Counted from the stretch's first letter, positions 35,046 to 48,792 are shown. The stretch: 64,000 nt of DNA from Candidatus Lustribacter sp. (GCA_965277805.1 OZ255842.1:2528001-2592000), one strand, 5' to 3'. The notes: generated by a model from the sequence alone, not told the origin. Numbers and translations are program-made.

Positions 35046-38000
35046 GACGGATCCGCGAACAGAAACTCGAGATCGTCTTTGGTGAGCGACTTCGCGATCG
35101 CGCTGTCGGCCTTGATGACCGAACGCGAGAGCGCGCTCTTGCGCTCGGCAAGCGCGCGAATCTTTTCCTCAACCGATCCGGCCGTGACCATCCGGTACGC
35201 CGTGACCGGGCGCGTTTGTCCGATGCGGTGCGTGCGGTCGATCGCCTGACGCTCGACGGCCGGATTCCACCACGGATCGTAGAGGATTACGTAGTCGGCT
35301 GCGGTCAGCGTCAGCCCGACACCGCCGGCCTTGAGCGAGCAGAGGAACACCGGCGGCCCATCGGCGGACATGAAGCGCTCGACTTCCGCCTGCCGGTCGC
35401 GATCTTTAGTCGAACCATCGAGATAACCCAACACGACGTCGCGCTTTTGCAACGCGGTGCGCATGATCTTCAGCATCGAGGCAAAGGCCGAGAACACCAG
35501 AACTTTGTGTCCGCCGGAGAGCACTTCTTCCACGGTCTCGAGGAAGGCGTCGAACTTGCCGCTCGCCTCGGGCTCATCGATGTACTCGGGCAGAATCAAA
35601 CCGGGATGCGCGCAGACCTGGCGCAACCGCGTCAGCGCGGCCAGGACGTGAACCGTCGCGCCTTCCATCCCGTTCTCGCCGCCGATGTTCGCGATCACGT
35701 CGCGGCGCGCGGCCTCGGCGATGCCGCGATACAACCGGCGCTGCAACGGCGAGAGGTCGCACTCGATGATCTGTTCGGTGCGTTCCGGCAGCTCGCGTGC
35801 CACGTCTTCTTTGGTGCGGCGCAACACGAACGGCTCGAGCCGCGAACGCAGTTGGTGCGCCGCCGTTTCGTCGCCTTCGGCGATCGGGTTCTCGAAGCGC
35901 CGCCGGAACGAAGCTTCCGAGCCGAGCAGGCCCGGTTCGACGAACGCGAAGATCGACCACAGGTCGCGCAGCGAGTTCTCGACCGGCGTACCCGTGAGCG
36001 CCAGCCGGTGATCGGCCCTCAGATTACGCACGACCTTGGCGATCTGAGAACTCGGGTTCTTCGCGTTCTGCGCCTCATCGAGAATCAGCGTGCGGAAGTT
36101 GAAGCGTTCGAGCTGTTCCGCATCGAGCCGCGCCAACGCGTACGAGGTGATGATCACGTCGTAGTTCTCGAGTTCGGCGTAGCGCTGCGCGCGATCGGCC
36201 CCTGATTGCAAACGTAACGTCGTCAACGTGGGCGCGAAGCGGGCGATCTCGTTTTCCCACGTGTGCGTGACCGACGTCGGCGCGATGACCAGACACGGCG
36301 CCGCGCCTTCTATCTCTTTGCGATGTAGTAGGTATGTGATCATCTCTAACGTCTTACCTAATCCCATTTCGTCGGCAAGAATGCCGCCGAACCGGAACGA
36401 CGCGAGATACTGTAAGAAGTCGAGGCCGCGGCGCTGATACCCCCGCAGCGTTTTGGCCAGCGTCGCCGGAGGCTCGATCTCTTCGATGCCGCCGAAATTG
36501 CGCAGACGGGCGCGCAAGATTTCCACTTCTTCGGGCAGCGCAACATCGCCGAAGGCTTCGTGAATTTCGTCGTGCAGCGCAACGAGCGCCGCCATGCCGG
36601 TACGGCGGCGATCGTTCAGCTCGGAGAGGAGCGTGCGGCGCATCCGCAGCGCCTCGACGTCGAAGAGCTTGCCGCGCACTTCCGCGTAACGGCCGCTCGA
36701 TTGCAGCAGGGCCGCGAGTTCTTTCGGCGTCAGCGCCGAGCCGTCGCCGACGAACACGTCGACGTTGAGTTCGAACCAGTCACGCTCGCCGTCCTGATCG
36801 GCCGGACGCGCGGAGATCGACACGTTCATCGCCGATTCGCCCGACGCAACAGCGCTCAGCGAGTCGTCGAGAATGATGTCGACGTCGTCCCACTCGCCCA
36901 CGACCTCGCGCACGAACGTGGCCGCGCGCTCGACGTCGTGCAGCGCGAACGCGTCGCTGCCGCGCGGCACGAAGCCGGCTTCGAGGAACCGGTGCGCGAA
37001 CGCGCGCGCCGTCGCCGGCGCAAACCGCACGAACCGGCCGTTGTTCGCGGCCACCGCGCCGTGAACCGAGAACGTTGCATTGGCTTCGCTCTTGCGATCG
37101 ATGAACTGCAGACGCCCGATCAGCGCGCCGTCGCTCCAGCGCAAACGCGCGAGCGCGGCCGGCGCTTCGGCGTCGACGACGCCGAGTTCGCGCCGGTCGG
37201 TCGCGGACAGAAAGGGCGCGACGCGGGCGATCGTGCCGATCGAAGGATGCTTGCCGTTGGCGCTCGCCGAGCCGTTGAGCGCCGGCGCGGCAGCGGCCGC
37301 CGCGACGACCTTGCGCGCATCGAAGCTGTCGTCGAGCAGGTAGGCGGTGCGGTTGACGACCAGCCACGACGGCGGACCGTCAACGATCAGCGCGCCGCGC
37401 GGCGTGAAACGCTCGCCGTTGCCGCGTTCGAGCGCGGGGACGAACCGGTCGCCTTCGCGCACGGCGCGCAGCTGCAGCCCGCGCACGTCGATGTCGAAGG
37501 GCACGAGTTCGACCGGATGCCGGTTCGCGCTCGGTTCGTCGTCAAAGCGCGTACGCGGATGGCGCGCGAGCCGGAAGAGCGCGCGTGCGAGCGCCCGCTG
37601 TGAGACGCGCGTACCGAACGCTTCCTGCACCGCTTCGTCGCGAATCAGTTCGCGGTCGGCGTTGTCCCAATCGTCGGGCGGCGTCGATTCCATCATTGCG
37701 AGGATCGACTCGGCGTCACGAATGACGCCCCGCAAACGCGGCGTGTCGAGGTAGAGGGCGCCGGTGAGCACCTTGCCGTCGGCCGCGGAGATCACCGGCC
37801 ACACGCTGCGGGCGCGCGCCCGGGGCGCCTCGAGATCGATCGCGGGCAGCCAGGTCAGGTCGATCTCGGCATCGGCCGGATCGGTCGGCACCGGCGCCTC
37901 ATCGGCCCGGCGCACGGTCTCCAACGTGGCCACGACGTGTTCGCAGACGCCGGTCGAGCCGCAGGTACAGACGCTGCGCAGGGCCTGCGGTCCGGTGCCG

Positions 38001-38218
38001 CTGGCCCATTCCACGCCGCACGACACGCCGCCGCGGTCGGCGACGGTCGCCTCGATCTTCACGCCCTCCACCGAACGTAGAGTAACGCGGCCCGCATCAG
38101 CGAGCTCGAGAGCGGCACGGGTCAGGTCGCGTGCAAACCAATTTCCGATCGACGCCGGCAAGCGCGATCGCCACAGGGCAAAGGGAGTCAACCGTGGGGT
38201 ATTCGCCGCTACCGCCAC
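35042..38218 (-). CDS. SWIM zinc finger plus SNF2-family DEAD/H helicase
   Basis: CTC..CEH SWIM; LADEMGLGKT, DEAQ, LTGTP, WWNP..QAIDRTHRIGQ. Confidence 0.93.
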   Translation of the reverse strand: MAVAANTPRLTPFALWRSRLPASIGNWFARDLTRAALELADAGRVTLRSVEGVKIEATVADRGGVSCGVEWASGTGPQALRSVCTCGSTGVCEHVVATLETVRRADEAPVPTDPADAEIDLTWLPAIDLEAPRARARSVWPVISAADGKVLTGALYLDTPRLRGVIRDAESILAMMESTPPDDWDNADRELIRDEAVQEAFGTRVSQRALARALFRLARHPRTRFDDEPSANRHPVELVPFDIDVRGLQLRAVREGDRFVPALERGNGERFTPRGALIVDGPPSWLVVNRTAYLLDDSFDARKVVAAAAAAPALNGSASANGKHPSIGTIARVAPFLSATDRRELGVVDAEAPAALARLRWSDGALIGRLQFIDRKSEANATFSVHGAVAANNGRFVRFAPATARAFAHRFLEAGFVPRGSDAFALHDVERAATFVREVVGEWDDVDIILDDSLSAVASGESAMNVSISARPADQDGERDWFELNVDVFVGDGSALTPKELAALLQSSGRYAEVRGKLFDVEALRMRRTLLSELNDRRRTGMAALVALHDEIHEAFGDVALPEEVEILRARLRNFGGIEEIEPPATLAKTLRGYQRRGLDFLQYLASFRFGGILADEMGLGKTLEMITYLLHRKEIEGAAPCLVIAPTSVTHTWENEIARFAPTLTTLRLQSGADRAQRYAELENYDVIITSYALARLDAEQLERFNFRTLILDEAQNAKNPSSQIAKVVRNLRADHRLALTGTPVENSLRDLWSIFAFVEPGLLGSEASFRRRFENPIAEGDETAAHQLRSRLEPFVLRRTKEDVARELPERTEQIIECDLSPLQRRLYRGIAEAARRDVIANIGGENGMEGATVHVLAALTRLRQVCAHPGLILPEYIDEPEASGKFDAFLETVEEVLSGGHKVLVFSAFASMLKIMRTALQKRDVVLGYLDGSTKDRDRQAEVERFMSADGPPVFLCSLKAGGVGLTLTAADYVILYDPWWNPAVERQAIDRTHRIGQTRPVTAYRMVTAGSVEEKIRALAERKSALSRSVIKADSAIAKSLTKDDLEFLFADPS

Positions 38219-38240
38219 GGTTTACTCGGACTTTGCGGGA

Positions 38241-40742
<2,502 letters not shown>

Positions 40743-40984
40743 AACGGTTCTGAACTCCCCGAGCGATCATGTCGCTCCCTGCATACCCAACACTCCCGAA
40801 TCGCTCCGTGGGTGAGGGTTTCTCCTTTAACGAGTTTCGGGTTGCGGTGGTTGCAAACGTTTAGCCCTTTGGCGGACCGGTCGCCCCGTCCGCTGTACGC
40901 CTAGGGGTCGTTCCGGGGATGACTGTCCGCCCTCCTGTGGAAACGTGCAGCTTTCGTCGCACGCCCCTCGACGCGGAGAAATCC

Positions 40985-41872
40985 TTGCTGGCGGCTATCA
41001 GCTCGACGCAGTTCCTCGACCAGTTGGTCAACGGCATCAGTTTAGGGATGCTTTACATTCTGGTCGCGCTGGGTCTGAACATCATTCTCGGCCTGATGGG
41101 TGTGATCAACTTCTCCCACGGCTCGTTCTTCATGCTCGGCGCGTACTTTATGTACTCGTTCGTACCGCTCGTCGGGTTCTGGCCCGCCATCGTGATCGCC
41201 GCGGTACTCGTCGGGTTGCTCGGCATGGTGTTCGAAGCGGCGCTCGTGCGCCCGCTCTATCGCCGCTTGCCTGAGTACACCCTGTTGCTCACGTTCGGTA
41301 CCGCACTCATCTTCGCCCAAATCACGCGCGCTCGCTGGGGCGACGACGCGGTGCGCGTCGAGATTCCATCCTACTTCGCGAACACGCTGACGGTCGGCGG
41401 CTACCAGTTGCCGTTCTATCGCGACGTGTTCTTGGTGCTCGTGACGGTCGTCATTCTGATCGGCGTTTGGCTCTTGTTGAACAAGACGAACATCGGGATG
41501 ATCATCCGCGCCGGCACGCGCGATGCCGAAATGGTGAAGATCCTCGGCATCAACATGCCGGTCATGTTCACCCTGGTGTTCGGAATCGGTTCGCTGATGG
41601 CCGGACTCGCCGGCGCACTTGCGGCGCCGCTGTATGCGGTCGCCCCGAACCTCTCCTCGCAATGGATCGTCTTGACGTTCGTGATCGTGATCGTCGGCGG
41701 GATCGGTTCGTTCTGGGGTGCGATCGTCGGCGGCCTCGTGATCGGCGTGCTTTCGAGCCTCATGTCGCTGTTCTGGCCGCCCGCCGTCGACGTCACCGGC
41801 TACGTTCTCATGGGCATCGTCCTTTTGGTGCGCCCGCGCGGCCTCTTCGGCGTCGAGGGTCTGTTCGAGTGA
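40985..41872 (+). CDS. Liv-type ABC permease (LivH-like)
   Basis: QLVNGISLGMLY..GLNIILGLMGVINFSHG; TTG start at 40985 after GGAG (start uncertain). Confidence 0.88.
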   Translation: MLAAISSTQFLDQLVNGISLGMLYILVALGLNIILGLMGVINFSHGSFFMLGAYFMYSFVPLVGFWPAIVIAAVLVGLLGMVFEAALVRPLYRRLPEYTLLLTFGTALIFAQITRARWGDDAVRVEIPSYFANTLTVGGYQLPFYRDVFLVLVTVVILIGVWLLLNKTNIGMIIRAGTRDAEMVKILGINMPVMFTLVFGIGSLMAGLAGALAAPLYAVAPNLSSQWIVLTFVIVIVGGIGSFWGAIVGGLVIGVLSSLMSLFWPPAVDVTGYVLMGIVLLVRPRGLFGVEGLFE

Positions 41873-42972
41873 CGGTCCGGCGAATTCTGATCCATCCGCT
41901 CTTGTGGACGGCGGTCGTGTTCGTCATTCTGCCGCAGGTCGCGGGGGCGAATCCGTTCACGGGAACGAGCGGCTTCGTCGACATCGCGACGACGATGCTG
42001 ATCTTCGGGCTCTTGGCCGGCGGCTTTAACCTGCTGCTCGGGCACGTCGGCGAACTGTCGTTCGGGCATGCGATGTTTTTCGCAATCGGGGCCTACACGA
42101 CGGCGCTCTACATCAAAGGCTTCTCGGTCAACGTCTTCGGGTACACGTGGAACCACGACGCGGCCTCGAATATGTGGATCGCATTGCTGCTCTCGCTGCT
42201 GCTCGTGCTCGTGTGGTCGGTGCTGCTCGCGCGCCTGATCGTGCCGCGTTCGAGCGGCGTCTACTACTCGATGATCACGCTCGCGTTCGCGCAGGTCATT
42301 TACTTCATCGCGTTCACGTGGAGCGATCTCACCCACGGCGAGGACGGCCTGCAGGGCGTACCGCGGCCGGCCTTACCCGGGCTGCCGCCGGGCTATCTCG
42401 GTGACTCGTTCCACTTCTATACTTTCACGGCGATCGTCGCTTTTCTCTGTCTCGTGCTGCTCTACTGGATCACGGTCTCACCGTTCGGCACGGTGCTTCA
42501 CGCAATTCGTGAGAATAAAATACGCGCGCGCTTCCTCGGCTACGACGTGAACAAGTACCGCGTCAACGCGTTCGTGCTCTCGGCGCTCTTCCCGGCCGTC
42601 GCCGGTTGGCTGTGGACCTACTACCAGCAGTCGATCAATCCCGACGCGAGCTCGGTGGCGTATTCCGGCAACCTCGTGATGATGTCGCTGCTCGGCGGCG
42701 TGCAATCGTTCTTCGGGCCGATCCTCGGTTCGATCGTCTACTGGGAACTGCAGAACAACATCTCGCAGGTTACCAAATACTGGGAAGCGTGGATCGGCGT
42801 GGTATTCGTCGTGTTCGTGCTGGCGAGCCCGCGCGGGATCATGGGGCTGCTTGATGACGCGCGGCATTACGGCGTGAGCGGCATCTTCTCGCGCAGCAGG
42901 CGCGATGCGATCGAAGCGAGCCACGAGCTACCGGCCGTCGATGAGGTCGGGGCAGGCGAGATCGTGCCATGA
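41869..42972 (+). CDS. Liv-type ABC permease (LivM-like)
   Basis: GELSFGHAMFF, YYSMITLAFAQ, THGEDG, AIREN; GTGA overlap. Confidence 0.88.
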   Translation: MTVRRILIHPLLWTAVVFVILPQVAGANPFTGTSGFVDIATTMLIFGLLAGGFNLLLGHVGELSFGHAMFFAIGAYTTALYIKGFSVNVFGYTWNHDAASNMWIALLLSLLLVLVWSVLLARLIVPRSSGVYYSMITLAFAQVIYFIAFTWSDLTHGEDGLQGVPRPALPGLPPGYLGDSFHFYTFTAIVAFLCLVLLYWITVSPFGTVLHAIRENKIRARFLGYDVNKYRVNAFVLSALFPAVAGWLWTYYQQSINPDASSVAYSGNLVMMSLLGGVQSFFGPILGSIVYWELQNNISQVTKYWEAWIGVVFVVFVLASPRGIMGLLDDARHYGVSGIFSRSRRDAIEASHELPAVDEVGAGEIVP

Positions 42973-43715
42973 GTTACGTCTTCAAGACCGAGGCCCTCAC
43001 CAAACGTTTCTCCGGCTTCACCGCGGTGAACGACGTCTCGATCGAGATTCCGGAAGGCGGCGTGCGCACGATCATCGGCCCGAACGGTGCCGGCAAGACG
43101 ACGTTCTTCAACCTGCTCAGCGGCGCGCTGCCGCCGAGCGACGGCCGGATCTTCTTCCGCGACCAGGACGTCACCACGCTCGAGCCCTACCAGCGCGCGC
43201 GGCTCGGCATCGCGCGCTCGTTCCAGATCACGAACATTTTCGGACGCCTGAGCGTCGCGGAGAACGTACGGCTCGCGGTCCAAGCGGTACGCGACGGCAA
43301 AGCGAATTTCTTTCTGCCGCTCAAGAACGCGCGCGCCATCGGTGCTGCGACCGATCGTATCCTCAACGATATCGGCCTGTGGCCGGCTCGCAACGCGCGC
43401 GCCGAAAATCTCTCGCACGGCGATCAGCGCCGGCTCGAGATCGGCCTCGTGCTCGCGAGCGATCCGCCCGTCTTGCTGCTCGATGAACCGCTGGCCGGCA
43501 TGTCGCCGACCGAAACGCACGAGACCGTCGCGCTCATCCAGCGCATCTCACCCGATCGTACGATCATGCTGGTCGAGCACGACATCGACGTCGTAATGGC
43601 GATCTCGACCACGATCACGGTGTTCCAAACCGGCGCCGTCCTCGCCAGCGGAACGCCGGAAGAGATCCGCGCCGATCAAAACGTCCAGCGCGCCTACCTG
43701 GGAGAGATCGCCTAA
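42969..43715 (+). CDS. Liv-type ABC ATPase (LivG-like)
   Basis: GPNGAGKTT, LSHGDQRRLE, VQRAYLG. Confidence 0.92.
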   Translation: MSYVFKTEALTKRFSGFTAVNDVSIEIPEGGVRTIIGPNGAGKTTFFNLLSGALPPSDGRIFFRDQDVTTLEPYQRARLGIARSFQITNIFGRLSVAENVRLAVQAVRDGKANFFLPLKNARAIGAATDRILNDIGLWPARNARAENLSHGDQRRLEIGLVLASDPPVLLLDEPLAGMSPTETHETVALIQRISPDRTIMLVEHDIDVVMAISTTITVFQTGAVLASGTPEEIRADQNVQRAYLGEIA

Positions 43716-43716
43716 C

Positions 43717-44415
<699 letters not shown>

Positions 44416-44461
44416 GGGTACGGCGTAACCGCCGGGAGCCGTCCGCGGTTGGAGGAGCGAT

Positions 44462-44773
44462 ATGGTTACACAAGAGATCGTCCGTGAAGCGCTGGCCGAG
44501 GTTCAGGACCCCGAACTCCACATGGGCATTCTCGAGCTCGGCTTGGTCTACGACGTCCTGGTCGAGGGCGACGAGGGCAAGGAGGTCACCGTCGTGATGA
44601 CGCTGACCTCGCCGATGTGCCCGGTGGGCCCGATGTTCACCCAGGCCGTCCAGTCGAAGGTCGAGGGCCTCGACGGCGTCGACCGCTGCAAGGTCGACCT
44701 CACCTTCTCCCCGCCGTGGGACCCCAAGACCATGGCCTCCGACGACGTAAAGAACCAACTCGGCATCTGGTGA
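44462..44773 (+). CDS. DUF59/SufT metal-sulfur cluster assembly factor
   Basis: VQDPE, LGLVY, MTLTSPMCP, PPW. Confidence 0.92.
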   Translation: MVTQEIVREALAEVQDPELHMGILELGLVYDVLVEGDEGKEVTVVMTLTSPMCPVGPMFTQAVQSKVEGLDGVDRCKVDLTFSPPWDPKTMASDDVKNQLGIW

Positions 44774-45823
44774 TTACGCGAACTTCGGCATGACTTTCTT
44801 CGCGAAGAGCTTCATCGAGCGCTTCGCGTCGGCGTAGTTGATGGTGTTGAAGTTGACTTGGAGTGAGGCGATCTCGAAGTCGCCGACTTGCTCGCAGTAG
44901 TCGGCGATCTGCTCGCGGACTTGCTTCGGCGTGCCGACCCACGCGGTGCCGCTCGCGACGTTGCTCTCGAACGTATCTTGCTTGAGCTTCTCGATCATCG
45001 CGCCGTAGTTGGCATAGTCTTTCGAGCTGGTGCCGGTGGTCCAGTCGCTCGCCGCTTCGACGATCGCCGCTAAGTAGCGGTTGAGCGGGTCGCGCGCGAT
45101 GCGCACCGCTTCTTCGGCATCTTCGTGGCAGAACATATGGAAGGCGATCATCACGCGCCCATTGCCGGGATGTCCGGCCGACTTCCAGGCGTCGCGATAC
45201 ACGCCGATCAGCCGGCGCATCTCCGCATGCAGAATCGGAATCCCCATCACCGCGTGACCGAGCCGCCCGGCGTTCGCGAACGACGATTCGGTGGCGAGCG
45301 CGGCGACCCAGAACGGCGGGCGCGGTTTCTGCGTCGGCCGCGGCAGCGACGTCGTCGTGCCGAAGGCGTGGAACTTGCCGTTGATCGCGACGTTCTCTTC
45401 TTCCAAGAGCCGGCGCACCATCTCGAGCCCTTCATCGAAGCGTTCGCGGCTCTCATCGAGGCTGATCCCGAAGCGCGCGAATTCGTGCGGCAAGAACGCG
45501 CGCGCGAAACCGACTTCGAGCCGCCCGTGCGAGATCGCATCGAGCATGCCGATCTCGCCCGCCATCTTAAGCGGATGGTTGAACACCGGCAACACGGCGC
45601 CCGTGATCAAACGCATCTTCTTCGTGCGCTGCGCGGCAGCGGTCAAGAACAGCAGCGGGTTGGGTGAATAGCCGCCGTAGGGGGTGAAGTAGTGTTCGAC
45701 CATGCGCACGTGCGTGTAGCCGAGGTCCTCGCCCAACTCGCACAAATCGAGCGCATCGTCAAAATACGCTTCCGCCGTGACCTCGTTTCCGACCGACGGG
45801 AAGAACTGCAGACCGAATTCCAT
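44774..45823 (-). CDS. Luciferase-like (LLM) flavin-dependent monooxygenase
   Basis: VEHYF, HPLKMAGE..MLDAISHGRLEVG, PRPTQKPRPP. Confidence 0.9.
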   Translation of the reverse strand: MEFGLQFFPSVGNEVTAEAYFDDALDLCELGEDLGYTHVRMVEHYFTPYGGYSPNPLLFLTAAAQRTKKMRLITGAVLPVFNHPLKMAGEIGMLDAISHGRLEVGFARAFLPHEFARFGISLDESRERFDEGLEMVRRLLEEENVAINGKFHAFGTTTSLPRPTQKPRPPFWVAALATESSFANAGRLGHAVMGIPILHAEMRRLIGVYRDAWKSAGHPGNGRVMIAFHMFCHEDAEEAVRIARDPLNRYLAAIVEAASDWTTGTSSKDYANYGAMIEKLKQDTFESNVASGTAWVGTPKQVREQIADYCEQVGDFEIASLQVNFNTINYADAKRSMKLFAKKVMPKFA

Positions 45824-45860
45824 TGCCCCCGGCGTTTGCGCCCTCTGTGCCCGGCCCTCC

Positions 45861-46325
45861 TTAGGCCCCTCGACTCTGCCTCCAGGCGCGCTCCCGCAGT
45901 TCGAGAAACCCGGCTAGCCGATGCCCCAGATCCTGTAAGCTCGCGCGCGCGATCCGTTTGCCGATCACCTCATCGAAGCACCGCCCGAAGACGCCCAAGG
46001 GAGCGTCGTACGTGCCCTCGATGAGGAGGAGCGTACCCATCGCCTCGATGCGAAAGCAAATCGTCCCGCGAAAATTCGGCAACAGCGGCATGCCGCTATG
46101 CCAGCGGAGTTGGATCTCGTCGTGCCGCCGGCCCACTTCGGTAAGATCCGCATGAAGGCCAAAATTCATACGCACGCGGCGCTCGAACGCCGGCAGTGAT
46201 GGAAACCACGGAACCCGTACGAACGACTCCACGCCCCCGGCTTCCGCGTTATGCAGGTACTCCTGCGCATACTCGGTCGCCATCGAGAACGGGCAGTCGG
46301 CGAGGGTCGAAGTCGTGATGGTCAC
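45861..46325 (-). CDS. Hypothetical protein (possibly SRPBCC/START-like)
   Basis: 154 aa; PNFRGTI..GTYDAPLGVFG..FD...G.RIARA. Confidence 0.6.
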   Translation of the reverse strand: MTITTSTLADCPFSMATEYAQEYLHNAEAGGVESFVRVPWFPSLPAFERRVRMNFGLHADLTEVGRRHDEIQLRWHSGMPLLPNFRGTICFRIEAMGTLLLIEGTYDAPLGVFGRCFDEVIGKRIARASLQDLGHRLAGFLELRERAWRQSRGA

Positions 46326-46375
46326 GCTTCAAGCGTACTCGCGCGCAAGAATATCGTGTGAAGGCGTCTTCCAGA

Positions 46376-47098
46376 TTACGGCAGCTCGGCCAACTTGTAG
46401 CCCGCGCCATAGACCGTCAGCACGTAGCGCGGGTGTTGCGGATCAACCTCGATCTTGGAGCGCAAATTTGCGATATGCCGGTCGAGCGTCCGGTCAAACA
46501 CCTCGCCGCCGTCGATCGAGATCAGCTCGATGAGATGATCGCGCGTAAACACTTGACCCGGGTGGTCAGCGAAGATGCAGAGCAAACGATATTCGGTCGG
46601 CGTCAACTTGAGCGGCGTACCGTCGCGTGCGACCTCGTGTGCGGTGAGGTCGATCGTTATTTCGCCGACGCGGCGCAGATCGTGAACGGCGCGAGGCGGG
46701 GCGCTACTGCCGGCGGCCGGCGATGCGCTGAAGCGACGCAACACCGTCTTCACCCGCGCGACGACCTCACGCGGGCTGTAGGGCTTGCTCACGTAGTCGT
46801 CGGCCCCCAGCTCGAGTCCGACGACGCGATCGACCTCCGTCACGCGGGCCGTGAGCATGATGACGGGCACGTCGAGTTGCGCCCGGATCTCGCGGAACGC
46901 CTCGAGCCCGGATAGCACCGGCAGATTCAGGTCGAGCAGCACTAAGTCGGGGCGCTCGGCCAGTGCGAGGTCGACAGCGGCCCGTCCGTCGGCTGCCCGC
47001 AGCACGCGGAATCCCTCATCCCGAAGATAGACTTCGAGTACGTCGAGCAGCGCCGGTTCATCGTCGACCACGAGCACCGTTGCCGTGCGCGCCGTCAT
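46376..47098 (-). CDS. OmpR-family response regulator
   Basis: VVDDE, LDLNLP, GADDYVSKP, LTPTEY, TVYGAGY; ATGA overlap with the kinase. Confidence 0.93.
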   Translation of the reverse strand: MTARTATVLVVDDEPALLDVLEVYLRDEGFRVLRAADGRAAVDLALAERPDLVLLDLNLPVLSGLEAFREIRAQLDVPVIMLTARVTEVDRVVGLELGADDYVSKPYSPREVVARVKTVLRRFSASPAAGSSAPPRAVHDLRRVGEITIDLTAHEVARDGTPLKLTPTEYRLLCIFADHPGQVFTRDHLIELISIDGGEVFDRTLDRHIANLRSKIEVDPQHPRYVLTVYGAGYKLAELP

Positions 47099-48792
47099 GT
47101 CCAGCGTTCGATTTTCGCCCGCAAGTCGGCGAGCTTCACCGGTTTGGAGAGGTAATCGTCCATGCCGGCAGCGAGACACGCCGCCCGATCCTCCGCGAAC
47201 GCATTGGCCGTCATCGCCGTGATCGGCAAATGCTGCCCCGTCAACCGTTCTTCATGCCGGATCAACTTCGTGGCATCCAAGCCGTCGAGATTCGGCATCT
47301 GACAATCCATGAACACCATCGCGTAACGTTCGCTGCGTATGGCTTCGAGCGCTTGACGTCCGTCGAAGACGAAGGTCACTGCGACGCCGAGGTCTTCGAA
47401 CTGCTGTTTGAGCAAACGCCGTAGCGGTTCGTTGTCCTCGGCGACCAAAACGGTCCCGTTCGTCGGGGCGACGGTGGCGAGCGATTCAGTTGCCGGAACG
47501 TTCCGCGCGGCCGGCCGTCCGGCGGCGCCCGATGCACGCGCGAAGCGCAGCGCAAACCAAAAGGACGAACCGAGATCGGCGGTGCTCTCAACACCGATCC
47601 GGCCACCCATCATCTCAACTAGCCGCTTTGAGATCGAGAGGCCCAAACCCGTTCCGGCAAATTTGCGTGACGCCGAGCGGTCCGCTTGCGCGAATGGTTC
47701 GAATAACAGCGGCAGCAGGGCCGACGGAATGCCGATGCCGGTGTCCTGCACGTCGAAGCGCACCAGGACCTCATCGGCCGAAAGGTCCTCCGAGACGGCG
47801 CGCACGACGACGCGACCGCTCTCGGTGAACTTCACCGCGTTGCCCACGAGGTTGAACAGAATCTGCCGAACGCGGTCGCGGTCGCCCAGAACGGCCGGGA
47901 TCGACGGATCGACGTAGGCGTTCAGCGTAATGTTCTTTTCGCGCGCGACGTGCGCAAGCACATCGGCAACGCCTTCGAGCAGCGGTTCGATCTCGAATGG
48001 CTCGACCTGCAGCTCCAGCTTGCCGGCTTCGATCTTCGAGAAGTCGAGAACGCTGTTGATCAGCGTTAAGAGCGCCTCGGAGGCTTCAGTCATCGTTTGC
48101 ACGGTGATGTGCGCACGCTCGTCGAGTTTCATTCGGCTCAGCAGCTCCGCGCCGGCGATGATCGAAGCCAGCGGCGTCCGCAACTCGTGGCTCATGGTCG
48201 AGACGAATTCGGTTTTGAAGCGCGACGCGTCGGCCAACTCCAGATTCGCAAGGCGCAGCTCCTCGCTATGCTTGCGCTCGCTGATATCGGTAATCGCGGC
48301 AAGCGTGAACGTTTCGCCGCCGGTCACGATTGGATTCAGGCCGATTTCGATCGGTACCTCACTGGCATCTTTGCGCCGCCCGTAGAGATCGCGCCCGGCG
48401 CCCATTGCACGCGCGCTCGGCGCCGCGGCAAAGTCGTCACGCAGGTCCCGGTGGCCATGACGGAATCGCTCGGGAACGAGTTCATCGATCGACATACCGA
48501 GCAGCTCGTCGCGAGAGTAGCCGAAAAGCGCTTCGGCCTGCCCGTTCACGAGCACGATCCGGCCGCCGCCGTTCACCAGAACCTTGGCGTACGGTGATCC
48601 CTCGATCACGGCGTTGAGCAGATCTTCGTTCGGTGCAGGACGGCGTACGAGCGCCGCATCGAGCGACTCGAGCGAGCTCAAAATATCAGCCAAACGGCCC
48701 GGATTCGGCTCCAGCTTGCCGTCGATGAGCGCATGCACGGTTCCGATGGCGACCGCCAGGTCGTTACGCATGTCGTGCTGCGTCCGATCCAT
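47095..48792 (-). CDS. Hybrid sensor histidine kinase (PAS-HisKA-HATPase-REC)
   Basis: PAS (AMGAGRDLYGRRKD), SHELRTPL, NAVKFT, DTGIG, GTGLGL, MDCQMP. Confidence 0.92.
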   Translation of the reverse strand: MDRTQHDMRNDLAVAIGTVHALIDGKLEPNPGRLADILSSLESLDAALVRRPAPNEDLLNAVIEGSPYAKVLVNGGGRIVLVNGQAEALFGYSRDELLGMSIDELVPERFRHGHRDLRDDFAAAPSARAMGAGRDLYGRRKDASEVPIEIGLNPIVTGGETFTLAAITDISERKHSEELRLANLELADASRFKTEFVSTMSHELRTPLASIIAGAELLSRMKLDERAHITVQTMTEASEALLTLINSVLDFSKIEAGKLELQVEPFEIEPLLEGVADVLAHVAREKNITLNAYVDPSIPAVLGDRDRVRQILFNLVGNAVKFTESGRVVVRAVSEDLSADEVLVRFDVQDTGIGIPSALLPLLFEPFAQADRSASRKFAGTGLGLSISKRLVEMMGGRIGVESTADLGSSFWFALRFARASGAAGRPAARNVPATESLATVAPTNGTVLVAEDNEPLRRLLKQQFEDLGVAVTFVFDGRQALEAIRSERYAMVFMDCQMPNLDGLDATKLIRHEERLTGQHLPITAMTANAFAEDRAACLAAGMDDYLSKPVKLADLRAKIERWT

